Of a DNA stretch of 16,747 nt, positions 15,068-16,747 are shown in pieces (positions within the stretch are counted from its first letter, which is position 1; each line of letters starts with the position of its first letter). The translations under genes were made by a program, and so were the position numbers. The notes under the pieces are model-generated. The model was not told the DNA's origin. It searched no databases and saw only the letters and a program-made list of their open reading frames with translations. Source of the stretch: Armatimonadota bacterium (GTDB lineage Bacteria; Armatimonadota; UBA5829; DTLH01); assembly GCA_038207085.1 (NCBI GenBank), contig JBBRAE010000048.1, positions 1 through 16,747 of the forward strand, given 5' to 3'.

Positions 15068-16747
15068 CAGGAGCATCGTTTTTAGGTAGAGATTGCCTGA
15101 GGTGCAGGGTTCCAGAAAGTATCCAGAAAAGATCACAGTTTGGACAAAGGTACAAGTGGGGTGGGTGTATAAGTAGTTAGTGTGGGAAGAGATGTCCAAG
15201 CTGGAGAGTGGATACTGCTCTCGGAAGACAGGAATGCCGTTTTGGCCGCGCTGGAGCGTGGCGAGACAGACGGTATACTTCCTGCTGCGGCTGGGGTGAT
15301 GGACCGATTTGCGAAGTTCCTACTCTCGACCGGTATTCCTTCCATACTGGACGGTTTTGCGGACTATCGGAAACGTAGTAGCATAACGCCATTTCTTTTC
15401 TGCAATCTGCTGCTTCAGAAAGCTCTATTTCGCCTAGACAGTTTGAGCCAGATCGGCCCGTTTCTGTTCTCATCACCGGATGTGTTGCGCACTCTTGGCT
15501 TTAACATGCGGCAGATACAGGAAGGATTCTACTCTGGAAGTTCCAGTCGTCCGCTTAATGTGGAAGCCCTGGGCGATTTCTTTGCTATGTGCGAGCTTCC
15601 CGATTTCCAGGCAAACCAGAAGGAAGTCCTTGGGAAACTGCTTGAGAAGTATCCCGACCTGTTATCTGATGGCACATTGATAATGGACTGCATAGAGATC
15701 AGGATTCCGCCAGGGCACAGGGGAAGGGAAGCCGCAAGTCTGGAGGTGTGCGTCATGTGTGTAGAGAGTCGGGGTGAAGTCCTGCCAATTCTCTGGAACT
15801 TCATTCCCGCCAAAAGCAAAGCCGACATCACGCAGGGCAAAGCGATGATGGAGGAGATATTGCCCATAATCAACAGGCAGGCAAAGCGGCTCGTTGTCGA
15901 CAGAGGATTCATATCCGGCGAATGGATCACCGATATGAAGAGTCGTAGCATCGACACTGTGATCGGACTGAAGTCCGACATGGTGCTCCACCAGGATATG
16001 GTGAGTATGGCCGGTATGTCCGAGACGATATGGCTTGCGGCTGAGCTGCCTAAGCGTAAAAACCCGCCAACATCCCGTCATATATGTTACTTGAGCGATC
16101 TCGATACCTGGGATAGCTGCACGGCGCCGCTTGCGGGAATAGTCATCAAAGACGTTTACGCCGACAGAACTGAGTATCAGACAGTGGTAACGACTGACAT
16201 AACCGCAGAGCCGGAGCAGATTCACGAGTGGATAAGAAGTCGATGGGCTATTGAAGAAACCTTTATGGAAGAGAGCAGATACGGCAGCCTGAACAATATT
16301 GGACCTTGCCGTGTAGGCGTAGGGGCTGCCATAACCCACTTCAGTCTGCTGTCTTACACCCTGCTTCGTCTCTTTGCCCGTGAGGAAGGAATCGAAAAGA
16401 AAACTCTCAGACCGACTATTCCGACTGCAGGTATAGAGTTCGTAGCATACTGGGGCGGCTACTACACCATAATCTTCCCATCCGAACTCGTAGAGATCGT
16501 AGCCAGATGTGCTCCATCATGGGGCAAGAAGCTACCTGGTATTCTGAAGAAACTGAAGGCGCTCGAGCCACCGAGATGACGTTCCAATAGCATCTGTTTG
16601 CTACTCAAGGACTGCGATCGCACACACCAAATCCCCATTCTATACCCAAACACGCTCAATGCACCCCGCCAAACACCCTTCCATCTCTGCTCGGCACACA
16701 TCGACCGACGAATTCTCCCCAAAACTCAGCTAAAAACGATGCTCCTG
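15068..16747 (+). mobile_element. Complete IS4-like insertion sequence, 1680 bp
   Basis: Perfect 18-bp terminal inverted repeats CAGGAGCATCGTTTTTAG (15068-15085) / CTAAAAACGATGCTCCTG (16730-16747) around one transposase gene. The right end coincides with the window end, so the target duplication is not visible. Confidence 0.93.
15182..16579 (+). CDS. DDE transposase, IS4-like superfamily
   Basis: 465-aa ORF (GTG start, uncertain) with LIMDCIEI, LVVDRGFISGEW and RSRWAIEETF blocks; enclosed by terminal inverted repeats. Confidence 0.9.
   Translation: MGRDVQAGEWILLSEDRNAVLAALERGETDGILPAAAGVMDRFAKFLLSTGIPSILDGFADYRKRSSITPFLFCNLLLQKALFRLDSLSQIGPFLFSSPDVLRTLGFNMRQIQEGFYSGSSSRPLNVEALGDFFAMCELPDFQANQKEVLGKLLEKYPDLLSDGTLIMDCIEIRIPPGHRGREAASLEVCVMCVESRGEVLPILWNFIPAKSKADITQGKAMMEEILPIINRQAKRLVVDRGFISGEWITDMKSRSIDTVIGLKSDMVLHQDMVSMAGMSETIWLAAELPKRKNPPTSRHICYLSDLDTWDSCTAPLAGIVIKDVYADRTEYQTVVTTDITAEPEQIHEWIRSRWAIEETFMEESRYGSLNNIGPCRVGVGAAITHFSLLSYTLLRLFAREEGIEKKTLRPTIPTAGIEFVAYWGGYYTIIFPSELVEIVARCAPSWGKKLPGILKKLKALEPPR

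Noticed and set aside
15140..15173. Possible sigma70 promoter TTGGAC...TATAAG for the transposase
   Set aside because: The 22-nt spacing is too long and there is no correctly placed extended -10 TG.

Overview
A heavily rearranged accessory region from a bacterium that uses PEP-CTERM sorting; the surface-protein architecture suggests Armatimonadota (inference, not verified). Four genes look intact: a GH106-like glycoside hydrolase (3225-6326), a secreted CBM9-like/DUF6067-like putative glycosidase (6848-10285), the RT/maturase of a complete group II intron (12144-14423, minus strand), and the DDE transposase of a complete IS4-like element (15068-16747, 18-bp terminal inverted repeats). Around them lie fragments: a 5'-truncated modular surface protein, two PEP-CTERM gene remnants, GH65-like, IS200 and IS4 fragments, a second decayed group II intron fused in frame to a serine-recombinase C-terminus, and two families of small palindromic repeats. 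The three most notable observations are: (1) the endonuclease-less intron sits 3 nt from the apex of a ~78-nt palindrome that re-forms when the intron is removed; (2) two divergent, headless surface-protein genes meet at an inverted repeat where both read V-[H/N]-I-Q, one continuing into a PEP-CTERM anchor and the other into a 690-aa tail; (3) an exact 38-bp CTAG-hairpin repeat brackets the two glycosidase genes. No CRISPR array, DGR, retron, rRNA or complete tRNA was seen. All family assignments come from motif recognition by eye, with no database search.
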